This document shows, in pieces, positions 18,992-28,209 of a stretch of DNA of 40,955 nt. Each line of letters opens with the position of its first letter. Position 1 is the first letter of the stretch. This stretch comes from Chrysochromulina tobinii (lineage: Eukaryota), in the NCBI GenBank assembly GCA_001275005.1, contig JWZX01002937.1:1-40955 (forward strand), read 5' to 3'. The position numbers and the translations under genes are program-made. The notes under the pieces are model-generated. The model ran no database searches. It saw nothing but the letters and a program-made list of their open reading frames with translations, and was not told where the DNA came from.

Positions 18992-19220
18992 CAATATTCG
19001 CGCGTGTTAGCCTGGAGTACCCGGAGCTCCGTTACCTTCGCCAAATTTCCGCCTAAAGCGGACCCTTGACGAAACGAAGGTTTGACGCTGTTTCTCATCT
19101 GTAAACAAGGTCCAGTTGTTGACACACGTGTTGTGAACGATGAAACAGCTCTGTGTGAAACGGCTGTGAGCCGGAGCTTGCGGTTCCCGTGATTCACAGT
19201 TGAAAAGGTCGTGCCTGACG
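18992..19220. promoter_or_regulatory. Probable bidirectional promoter between head-to-head genes
   Basis: About 230 bp of lower-GC sequence between divergent ATGs at 18991 (-) and 19221 (+). Inferred from geometry only. Confidence 0.5.
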
Positions 19221-22200
19221 ATGAAACGATTGAAGCCCATGGACGACGACTCTTCTTTCTTGGAAGGAAGCTTGATGGCGGCCCGCTCGACGAATGCGGC
19301 ACTGATCAGCTTCGACGATCTGGACGATGATGGGTTCACACGACCTATTCACGTCGTGCAGCCAGTCGTCACCCAGCAGCCTCCGACTCAGGCAATCTTG
19401 GAGGACCCGCTCGACGATGCCTTCTTTTTCCCTCGAGCAGCAGCTGCCGCCGAGGCAGCAGTGGCAGCAGCGGCACAACGCGAGCCGCCACCTGAGGCTT
19501 CAGCTCATCATTCGGGTGCCGTCGAGGCTCCAGCGGAGCCCGCCACGGCTCGCCTTGCCGACGCTGGCGGACCTGCGGAAGCGCACGCAAACCTGCCAGC
19601 ACCAGCAACCCGGCCTCTGCCGGTGTCGGAGTTCTCAGTGTACTCGCCGAGCGCGACTGCGTCGACGCCGGTGCGCAACGCTGCTACTATGCTCGAGGTG
19701 CCTCTGAGCCCGGCAGAGCGCGCGTCGGCACGCTCATTAGTTGCGAGCCTGCTCGCCCAAGACACGGGCTCGCCGGTAGCTGCCTCCCCATTCTTCTCAC
19801 CCGGCGGCACAGCTGAGGTCGGGTACGAGCCCTTGCCTGCGATTGCGGCCGAAGAGATTACCGCTGAGGTGCTCTTCGACGTCGACGCGTCAGCGAGGAC
19901 GGACCGAGAGGTCTGGCGCAGCAGCTTTAGTGCCAGCAGCGATCGCATCGCACGAGGAGGAGGCGACCTTGGAGGCGACCTTGGCGGCGCAAACGGCCAG
20001 GGCGGCGGCGACGGTGGAGCCGATGGCCGTGGCAGCTTCCATCAGTCTCGAACCGGAATTGATGCCGAGGGTGATGCCCATGGCAGCCTCCCCACACCAC
20101 GGCGGCTGTCGCTGTCGAACGCCTCTCCGGATTGCCTCCCTCATCAGTCGGATGGCCTCCCTCATCAGTCGAAAGCCTCTCCGGAGTTTGATGCGGCCGC
20201 GGCTCAGGATGATGCTGCGCCGGGAGGCTCGGCAACGATAGCTGCGCAGGATGCGGCGACGAGCTCTATCGTCGCGGCCTCGTGCATCTCGCCCATCTCG
20301 TCCATCTCGTCATCCATCTCGTCCTCTGTCGTCGCGGCCTCCTGCAGTGTCTCCTGCAGTGGCCTCGGGATCGCTTGTGCCCATGCTGCCTCCGCCGCCG
20401 CCCCTGCCGCTGCTGCCTCCGCCGCCGCCCCTGCCGCTGCTGCCTCCGCCGTCGCCCCTGCCGCTGCTGCCTCCGCCGTCGCCCCTGCCTCCAGAGCCCC
20501 CAAAGGCAACGCCGTGCGTTCGCTGGAGCCGCCGCTGTCGTCGTCGTCGTCATCGTCGTCGTCTGTATCGTCCGTAGCACGCGCGTCATCGTCATCATCA
20601 GCGGCGGCAGCTCATCAGCAGGCTTCGGCGGAGAAGGAGGCGGCAGCGTGGACAGCGGCGGTGGAGATGGCCTCTTCCGAGGTGGACAGTGCTCGTTACG
20701 GCGCTCTCTCACCGAACGCGGCGCCAGCGGCGGTGACTGTCCTCTCACCGGCAGCTTACTTCGCGCTGCCGAATGGAAATTCAGTCCGGCCGCCGCCTTC
20801 GAAGGCTGCCTCGTCAGCCCCTCGTGGGGGAGCCAGCGCTCGGTACGGCGCCTTTGCTGGTGCCCGCTACGGCGTTGCTTCGTCAGCCCCTCGTGGGGGA
20901 GCCAGCGCTCGGTACGGCGCTCGCATGGGCGCCCGGGACGGCGCCTGGGACGCCGTCGGCCGTGGTGGAATGAGCTCATCGCATGGCTACCACACGGAGC
21001 CTCGCGAGCCAGCAGCGGGCATCGCTGCTGCTGCGAAGGCCGAGGAGGAAGAGGAGTTGCCGTTCTTCGAGCAGTTGGCACGCGGCTTGGCTGCGTTCTT
21101 CTCACCGCCGCCGCCCGTGCGTCCCGCCGCTGGTACACGAACAGCCTCCGCCGCCTCCGCCACCTCCGCCGCCTCCGCCGCCTATGCCTCACATGCCTCA
21201 CATGCCGCCCTACCGGCCACGCCTGTCCCGTCGCTGGTGCGGACGCCAGCGGCTTTGGCGTCGGCGCCGCTACCGACGTCGGCTCTGCTCGACGTGACGT
21301 GGTCAGAGCGACCCGACGAAGTGGCCGAGCTGCTACGTCAATCTCGTCCATCTCGTCAATCTCGTGACGAAGTGGCCGAGCTGCTACGTCAATCTCGTCA
21401 ATCACGTCAATCACCTGACGAAGTGGCCGAGCTGCTGCGCGCTGTAGGCGGCACTGCTGCCGCCTCCGGCGCCGGCGCCGGAGCTCATGCCAGGTCGGCT
21501 GGTGCGTTGGCTGCTGGTGCGTTGGCTTTCCCACAGGGATGCAGCAGCGCCGAGGGAGCTCATGACGGCGCCTCTGCCCATAACGGCGCTCGACCCCGTA
21601 ACGGTCGGGGAGTGCTCGCAGCCCACAACGGCGCTTGGGGTCTGGTGGCCGCCGCATTTATGCACGTACTCGAGAAGAGTGCCTTCGAGGAGGCCTTGGG
21701 CGCCGAGATGGGCGCCGATCAGCCAGCGCGCTCGGCCAGCGCGTGGGAGAACAGCCAGCGGTTACAAAGGGAGGGGCTCGCAGCCAACCGCTGCGGCGCC
21801 TTCGCCGATGCATGCGGACTCTTTGAGGAGTCGTTCCTAATTTGGCCACGCGCATCCACCCTCATCTCGTGCGCCAATATGCTGCTCAAGCATGGCGAGC
21901 TGTGCGGTGCGCGTGCACTCTACGAGGCTCTGCTCAGCGCATCGGAGCAGAGCGCATCGGTGCTCGAGGAACCGAGAGATGGGCTGCGAACCAAGAGACG
22001 GGCAAGCTTGATCAACGGCCAGTCCCCCAGCGGCCACACCTCTGTATTCACACCTCTGTATTCACAGCCCCCCAGCGGCCACACCTATGTTGGCAGCGGC
22101 CACACCTATTACGCCAACGGCCACGCAACGGCCGAGCTGGGCAACGAGATTGACGAGATGGACGAGATGGGGGAGTACAACAACAGCGGCAGCGTCTACG

Positions 22201-23738
22201 GCAGCGGCGGCAGCGTCTACGGCAGCGGTGACGGCACTGGCGGCGCTGGCGGCGCTGGCGGGCTGTGCCTCACGTGGCGGGAACGTGAGGTCGTCATTCG
22301 AAAGCGGAGCGAATGCCTCTCGCGCGAGCTCACACGCACCCAGGCCGCCACTGAGCACGGGACCCACGCCGCCACGCTTCGTGCGCATCTCGCCCATCTC
22401 GAGGCGCAGATTGCGCAGCTCGAGCGATCTCGAGCGTCGGAGCATCGCGAGGCGGTGCGCCAGGCGCAGCAGGTGGCGTACCGGCAGCTCGAAGCGGAGA
22501 TTTCGCAGCGCTACGTGGCCGAGGAGCGTGCAGCACGCGCCGAGGCGGAGGCGAAGCGGCTGCGGTCGGAGTTGGAACGCGAGCGCACAGCGGGGCTCTC
22601 CCCCGACGGGGTGGCGCATTATGAGCGGCTGATACGGACGCTCACCGGCGCGTTTGGGGCGGAGGTGGACGCCCTCGAGGCCGAAGTGGCGCGGCTTGCG
22701 CGCGCCGAGGCGGCCTCCCTACAATGCGCCGCCAAAGCGGCGGCCGAGGCGGCCAAGATGAAGCTAATCTTCGAGGAGACGCAGGTGGACGCGGCACAGC
22801 TCAGCCGTGCTCTGGCCATCGCGCGGCGTGCGCAGCAGCAGGCGACGAAGGAGAAGGAGCTTGCGGAGGCGAGGGCGGCGCGCGCGTTGGAGGAGGTCGA
22901 TTCGATCGCGGCACGGGCGCAGCAAGAGGCGGAAGCGAAGGCGGCGAGTGCGGCGGCTGAGGCGGTCAAAGAGGCGGCCGCCGAGCGCAAAGAGTTGGTC
23001 GCGAGTGCCGCAGCAATGCACAAGGAGTTCGAGACGAAACTTTCGGCGGCGAGGCGCGAGGCCGCGGCGGCCAAGAGCGAGGCAAAGCGCGCGGCCGACA
23101 AGGCGAAAGAGGAGGCGGAGCTTGCTGCTCAAGAGAGTGCGGCGCGTGTGCGCGCGGAGAGCGAGGAGGCTCTAGAGAGGAGGCTCGAAGAAGCGCGTGC
23201 GCGCCTCGTCACTGTAGACAAGGCCACCGCCGCCGAGGCTGCCAGGCGATCGTCGGCCGAGGCTGCGGCGCGCGTCGCCCAGGCGGCCGCCAAGGCGACC
23301 GAGGAGAAGGCCACCGAGGCGCTCGAGACAGCGCGCGTCGAGCACAGCAAGGACTTGCGCCGGTTGCGCGCGTCGCTCGACGCGATTGTCGCGACGCTCA
23401 CGCTCGAGCTCGGAGTGTCGGACCTGAACGTGGCTCAGACGGCCGCATGGGCGCAGGCGGAGCAGCAGCTCGCCCAAAAGGGACGCACACAGCGGCGCGA
23501 GATGCAAAAGGAGCTCCAGAAGCACTCTGACGAAGCCCAACGGCTCCGGCGCGAGCTCGGCAGGCTGCAGGCGCAGGCGCAGGCGCAGGCCCAGGCGCAG
23601 GCAGAGGCTTTCCTCTACGGTGAGCCGCCTGAGCAACCTGCCGACGCGGGTGCAGCTCACGCCGTGGCGCCGGCGCCGGCGCCGGCATCCTTTCCGGCGC
23701 CTGCGCCTGTACGTGCGGCCTGGGAAGACGCTGTGTGA
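19221..23738 (+). CDS. Large low-complexity protein with a TPR-like segment and a long C-terminal coiled coil
   Basis: About 1,505-aa ORF. RLQREGLAANRCGAFADACGLFEESFLIWPRASTLISCANMLLKHGELCGARALYEALL is a TPR-like helix pair; 22330-23600 is an E/A/K/R-rich coiled coil; there are many short internal duplications. Confidence 0.7.
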   Translation: MKRLKPMDDDSSFLEGSLMAARSTNAALISFDDLDDDGFTRPIHVVQPVVTQQPPTQAILEDPLDDAFFFPRAAAAAEAAVAAAAQREPPPEASAHHSGAVEAPAEPATARLADAGGPAEAHANLPAPATRPLPVSEFSVYSPSATASTPVRNAATMLEVPLSPAERASARSLVASLLAQDTGSPVAASPFFSPGGTAEVGYEPLPAIAAEEITAEVLFDVDASARTDREVWRSSFSASSDRIARGGGDLGGDLGGANGQGGGDGGADGRGSFHQSRTGIDAEGDAHGSLPTPRRLSLSNASPDCLPHQSDGLPHQSKASPEFDAAAAQDDAAPGGSATIAAQDAATSSIVAASCISPISSISSSISSSVVAASCSVSCSGLGIACAHAASAAAPAAAASAAAPAAAASAVAPAAAASAVAPASRAPKGNAVRSLEPPLSSSSSSSSSVSSVARASSSSSAAAAHQQASAEKEAAAWTAAVEMASSEVDSARYGALSPNAAPAAVTVLSPAAYFALPNGNSVRPPPSKAASSAPRGGASARYGAFAGARYGVASSAPRGGASARYGARMGARDGAWDAVGRGGMSSSHGYHTEPREPAAGIAAAAKAEEEEELPFFEQLARGLAAFFSPPPPVRPAAGTRTASAASATSAASAAYASHASHAALPATPVPSLVRTPAALASAPLPTSALLDVTWSERPDEVAELLRQSRPSRQSRDEVAELLRQSRQSRQSPDEVAELLRAVGGTAAASGAGAGAHARSAGALAAGALAFPQGCSSAEGAHDGASAHNGARPRNGRGVLAAHNGAWGLVAAAFMHVLEKSAFEEALGAEMGADQPARSASAWENSQRLQREGLAANRCGAFADACGLFEESFLIWPRASTLISCANMLLKHGELCGARALYEALLSASEQSASVLEEPRDGLRTKRRASLINGQSPSGHTSVFTPLYSQPPSGHTYVGSGHTYYANGHATAELGNEIDEMDEMGEYNNSGSVYGSGGSVYGSGDGTGGAGGAGGLCLTWREREVVIRKRSECLSRELTRTQAATEHGTHAATLRAHLAHLEAQIAQLERSRASEHREAVRQAQQVAYRQLEAEISQRYVAEERAARAEAEAKRLRSELERERTAGLSPDGVAHYERLIRTLTGAFGAEVDALEAEVARLARAEAASLQCAAKAAAEAAKMKLIFEETQVDAAQLSRALAIARRAQQQATKEKELAEARAARALEEVDSIAARAQQEAEAKAASAAAEAVKEAAAERKELVASAAAMHKEFETKLSAARREAAAAKSEAKRAADKAKEEAELAAQESAARVRAESEEALERRLEEARARLVTVDKATAAEAARRSSAEAAARVAQAAAKATEEKATEALETARVEHSKDLRRLRASLDAIVATLTLELGVSDLNVAQTAAWAQAEQQLAQKGRTQRREMQKELQKHSDEAQRLRRELGRLQAQAQAQAQAQAEAFLYGEPPEQPADAGAAHAVAPAPAPASFPAPAPVRAAWEDAV

Positions 23739-23829
23739 AGACGCTGTAGGAAGACGCTGTCTGACCGGCAGGGTCCCGCTGTTCACATTCACAGGTGCGG
23801 CCTGGGAAGACGCTGTCTGACCGGCAGGG
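23715..23829 (+). repeat. Duplicated stop-region motif
   Basis: gcggcctgggaagacgctgt and gaagacgctgtctgaccggcaggg each occur twice; gaagacgctgt occurs four times. Confidence 0.8.
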
Positions 23830-24246
23830 CCAGATCACAAAGCTGTCCGTGGATTCGTCGCCGACTTCCGACGCGACTCCCTTCACGAGCGCCTCGTACC
23901 GCCCCTCGACGGCGCGACCGTCCGGGTCCGCGCACCGAGTCGATGCGAATAGAATGTAGGATACTCAATGAGGATACTCTCCGACACGCGGCACGGGTCT
24001 GAGAGATACGTGTAGGACCAAATGAAACCTTGGCAGTGCGCTGTGCGGTGTGCGGTCGTTTATCATGGGAGTTTGAAGAAACCTCTCGAGCCTGCCTCCG
24101 CGCACGTTTCACACCGATTACAAGCACCTATAGACGGGCGAGTGACGCATCTCCGGACACGTCTCGCCACAGCCACTTTCTCTTCGAGAGGGGGCACGTA
24201 TGTGTCGCGCGGTCTGCCGCGCACCCCCCTGCAGCCCTGTGCCTCC

Positions 24247-26027
24247 TCAGAAGCACTTCTTGAGCACCTCGGAGACACCCTTCTCATCATACTCGGCCTT
24301 CGTCATCCAGAAGGCCTCCTTGTCCTTCATGATGTCCGCGAGCACCGAGCCACCCAAGAAGACCATGTGCTTGCGACGCGGCGGGTCCTCGATACGCAAC
24401 TTGAGCTTCGCCGACTGCTCGGGATGGCGCGATCGGGCCAATCAGAGGCACTCCGAGCCAATCAGAGCCAATCAGAGGCACTCCGAGCCAATCAGAGGCA
24501 CTCAAAGGCACTCCGAGGCGATCAGAGGCGCAGTCCGAGGCACTGCGAGAGGCGGTGGGTGGGCAAGCACGCACCTGCTCGGGGGAGCGGGGCGGCGAGT
24601 CCAAATGGGGAGGGCAATCAGCATGCATGCACACGCACCTGCTCCTTGTCGCCCTTGCACACGAGGTCACAGTGGAGCTTCCTGACCTCCTTCTCGAGGC
24701 GCGAGGGCAGCCCGGGGTACATGGTTGAGCCGCCCGAGAGGACAATGTGCTTGTACAGGTCGGGCCGTGTGCTCATGTCGCACGACTGGATGCAATCGAA
24801 GACGAGCTCCGCGAGGCCCTTGCTCTCGACGTCGATCATCGTAGGCTGGAAGAGCGCCTCGGGCGCCTCGAAGCGCTCGGGGCCCACCTTGAGGACGCGA
24901 CCATCCGGAAGGGTGAGTGTCGTGGCAATTAAGAGGCAATCAAGAGGCAATCAAGAGGCAATTAACGACACCTTGAGGACGCGACCATCCGGAAGGGTGA
25001 GTGTCGTGGCAATTAAGAGGCAATCAAGAGGCAATCAAGAGGCAATTAACGACACCTTGAGGACGCGACCATCCGGAAGGGTGAAGGTCTGGACGACGGT
25101 CGTCGTCTCGAGCGCGAGTTTCTTCTCGAGCGCGAGGTCATACCCCACATAGCACACCTGTGGCGGTGGCGGTGGTGGTGGTGACGGTGGTGGTTCGCGA
25201 GTCGATGCGCGTGCGGGCGACCACTCAGTCAGAGCTCGTCGTGGCCAACGCGGTAGCCAATACCATGGCAAATACCATGGCAAATACCATGGCAAGTACC
25301 ATGGCAAAGACCGTGGCAAATACCGTGGCAAACACAGTGGCACTCGGGCGCACTCAGGGGCAATCAAGGGCCATCAGCGCACCTTCTCTTTGATCTCACG
25401 CACGAGCTCAAAATCGGCCGACCGGTTGAAGGTGTAGCCGCGCAGCTGCAGCAGCTTGATCATGTACTCGGTGAGGTGGCGGCCGGCGATGTCGAGCCGG
25501 CGTATGCTCTGCGGCAGCGCGAACCCCTCGTACACGGGCACGATGTGCGTCACTCCGTCACCTGAGTCGACCACCACGCCCGTGAGAAGCCCCTGCGCGT
25601 ACAGCGTCAGCACGGCCTGGATGGAGCAGTGGACGCCCGCGAAGCCAAAGGTCTCGAACATCGTCTCGACGAGCTTCTCGCGGTTCTTCTTTGGGTTCAT
25701 CGCTGCCTCGGTGAGCATAATCTTGTGCTCCGAGGGGTCGATCTTCAGCCGCTCGAAGAACGTGTAGTTGTACAGGTGGATCATGTCGTCCCACCGTTGG
25801 ACGATGCCGTTGGTGAGCGGGTACGAGGTCTCGAGAAAGTCGCGCGCGACCGTGCACTCGTCGCCCACCATGATATCCTTGAGCACCACATCGTTGATCT
25901 TCTCCTCCGCACGCAGGATGGGCCTTCCGACGATCGCCGGGAAGATGTGCGCCGGGAAGTTGTCGCCGGCGAAGCCGCACTTGACGAAGCCGGTGCCGTT
26001 GTCGCACACGATCGGTGGCTTCGACAT
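24247..26027 (-). CDS. ARP2: Actin-related protein 2; exons 26027-25383, 25157-25056, 24887-24639, 24414-24247 (387 aa)
   Basis: [53 protein letters not shown] and [25 protein letters not shown] are Arp2-type. All three introns are GT-AG, phase 0, and splice into one ORF. Confidence 0.95.
24885..25083 (-). repeat. 84-bp tandem duplication forming ARP2 intron 2
   Basis: The segment cacccttccggatggtcgcgtcctcaaggtg occurs three times at exact 84-bp spacing, separated by (ttgattgcctc)-type 11-bp repeats. Confidence 0.92.
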
Positions 26028-26310
26028 GGCCTCACGTGCGGGTCAGCCCCAGCGCTTTCACGCACGCACGATGACCGCACGGCATCTCCGTCGTCATGTG
26101 CCGCAATGTGAATTTCACACCCTGATGAAACCCAAGTTTCGCCAAAGAGTGCAGTTCGAGCAGCGACGAGCTTGGACGAGTGGCAATGTTCTCAAAGTCG
26201 CAACCTGTTCCGCGGGAAGAAAAGCCTCGCGTCGTTCCGAAACGCAGACCCTTCGGCCGTCGCATGAAAGCGCCCGTCTAAGCGGCGGCGGTTGCCTCAT
26301 CACCCGAACG
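26028..26310. promoter_or_regulatory. Probable bidirectional promoter between ARP2 and the Myb gene
   Basis: 283 bp between divergent start codons. Inferred from geometry only. Confidence 0.45.
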
Positions 26311-27713
26311 ATGGACGATACCGCCGACCTCGCGATGCTCACAAGCCCGAACCGCGTCTCACACCGCCGCGTGCGCTCCGACCCGTCCGAGTTTCTGCGC
26401 TCCCTCGCGCGCGCCGACACTTTCGGCGAGGACGATGTCGACGTGGAGGCAACGGGCGAAGTGCAGGCTGTCGAGGCGGATGAGACCGGCCCGGCACGCA
26501 GCCGCTCGAGCTCATCGGCGAGCAGCGACGCCGAGGACGAGCGTGCTGATGCCGACGGACCCAGGTGCGCTCCGCGCCGCCACACGCCCTCCCGTGAGGT
26601 CAAGGTCTGGGCGTTGTTGCGCAGCCGCGCGCGCTCCGGCCGTGGGCGCTCCCTCCCCGCCCTATGCGCTCTGCGCCGCCTCACCGCCGACCCGCGCCCC
26701 TCTGCATCGCCTCCTCCCCCTTGCGCAGGCCGATGAGCACGCTCTTCCGGAACATGAGCTCGCTCTTCGACAACCTGCCCTTCCCGGGGCCGTCGACTTC
26801 GATGTTCACGCCCGAGGAGCTCGCGCAGCCCAAGCAGCCGAACTACTCGAAGAAGGACGTGCCCATGTGGACCGTCGAGGAGGACCTTCTCATCCTGCAG
26901 CTCGTCGACCAGCATGGCAAAAAGTGGTCCAAGATTGCGGCTCACCTGCCGGGGCGCACTGACAACGGGGTGCGCAATCGGTGGAACCGGATGGAGCGTG
27001 CGCACGTGATCAAGCAGCGCCGGCCCGCAGGCGCGGGCTACCGGTGCCGGCGCTGCGGTGAGCCGAAACGCGGCCATATTTGTGCGGCGCGCGTCCTGGG
27101 GCTCTTTGACGAACCCGAGGGGGACGATCTTCACCTCAAGGCGGTGGCCCTGACTGACCTCTCTGCGAAGGCGATGCAGTCGATCCCCGCGGCGCTGTCC
27201 GGGCAGCAGCAGAAGCGGCGCTCGACGCCGCAGCTCTCCGCCGCGAACGCGCTGGCAGTCCCTCCGCCGCCGCCGATGGCGGTCGCGATGGCGGTCGCGC
27301 TGACGCCGATGCTCACAGAGGAGGAGGAGCCCGCAGAGGAGGAGCCGAGCATGATGAGCACCGACCATGATGAGCTCATGTTGAGCTCTGTGCTGTTGTG
27401 CTCTGTCTCGCTCGCGCCGTCGCTAGCGCTTTCGAACGCGCCGCCACTTCTGACCGACGCGCCTGCTGCGCCTGCCGCGCCTGCCGCTGCGCCCATGCCC
27501 TCCGCCGCTGCACCCATGCCCACCATCGCTGCGCCCATCCCCACCGCTGCTGCGCCCATCCCCGCCGCCGCCGCCGCCGCCGCCGCCGCCTCCGCCGCCT
27601 CCGCCGCCTCGTCGAGTGACGAAATGCGTCTTTCGACCAATGAAGTGGACGAATTCCTCGATGAGCTTCTTGCTTTCCACGAAGATGCTGCATCAATATC
27701 TTGTCCTTCGTGA
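26311..27713 (+). CDS. Myb/SANT-domain transcription factor with a CCHC-type zinc knuckle; exons 26311-26564 and 26729-27713
   Basis: WTVEEDLLILQLVDQHGKKWSKIAAHLPGRTDNGVRNRWN (Myb) followed by YRCRRCGEPKRGHIC. A phase-2 intron GTGCGC...GCAG joins the two frames. Confidence 0.85.
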
Positions 27714-28209
27714 AGGCAAGAGTCGAGCGGTCATCGACGGGCAGGAGGTGCAGCACGCCTTCCGGGCTCACGAGCTTGTGCATGGATGGCTCCATGATGC
27801 CGGAAGCCGAACGAGGGTTCGTTACGGCGCGCCGACTAAAATATCGTCAAAGTTACCGACGCCCGCAGGCTGCAGCGTTTTCTGCGGTTACGGCGTACTG
27901 TTCTACACTCTCAGAAGGCCCGCGTACGCAATATGCGACCGGCTCTCAGTCGTACCGGGACACTAACGCGGTATCTAATACTGACCGACACCTCAGCAAA
28001 AACCGTCCGTCATATGGTATTGAGATTGGAGCGTCTCAAGTCGTCACCACGCCGAACGGGTCAGCTCGACCTACGACAAAACATGCGACTGTGTGAATGT
28101 GAACGAACTTGAACTTCCTTTCAGTATTGGGCCGGCCGTGCTCACGCAAAGCCGCCGCTGGTTGCCGCGCACAGCCGCACGCACGCCTGAGGCTGCCTAG
28201 TCGGCAGCT

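Noticed and set aside
24022..25152. 376-aa plus-strand ORF
   Set aside because: Antisense shadow of ARP2 exons and intron repeats.
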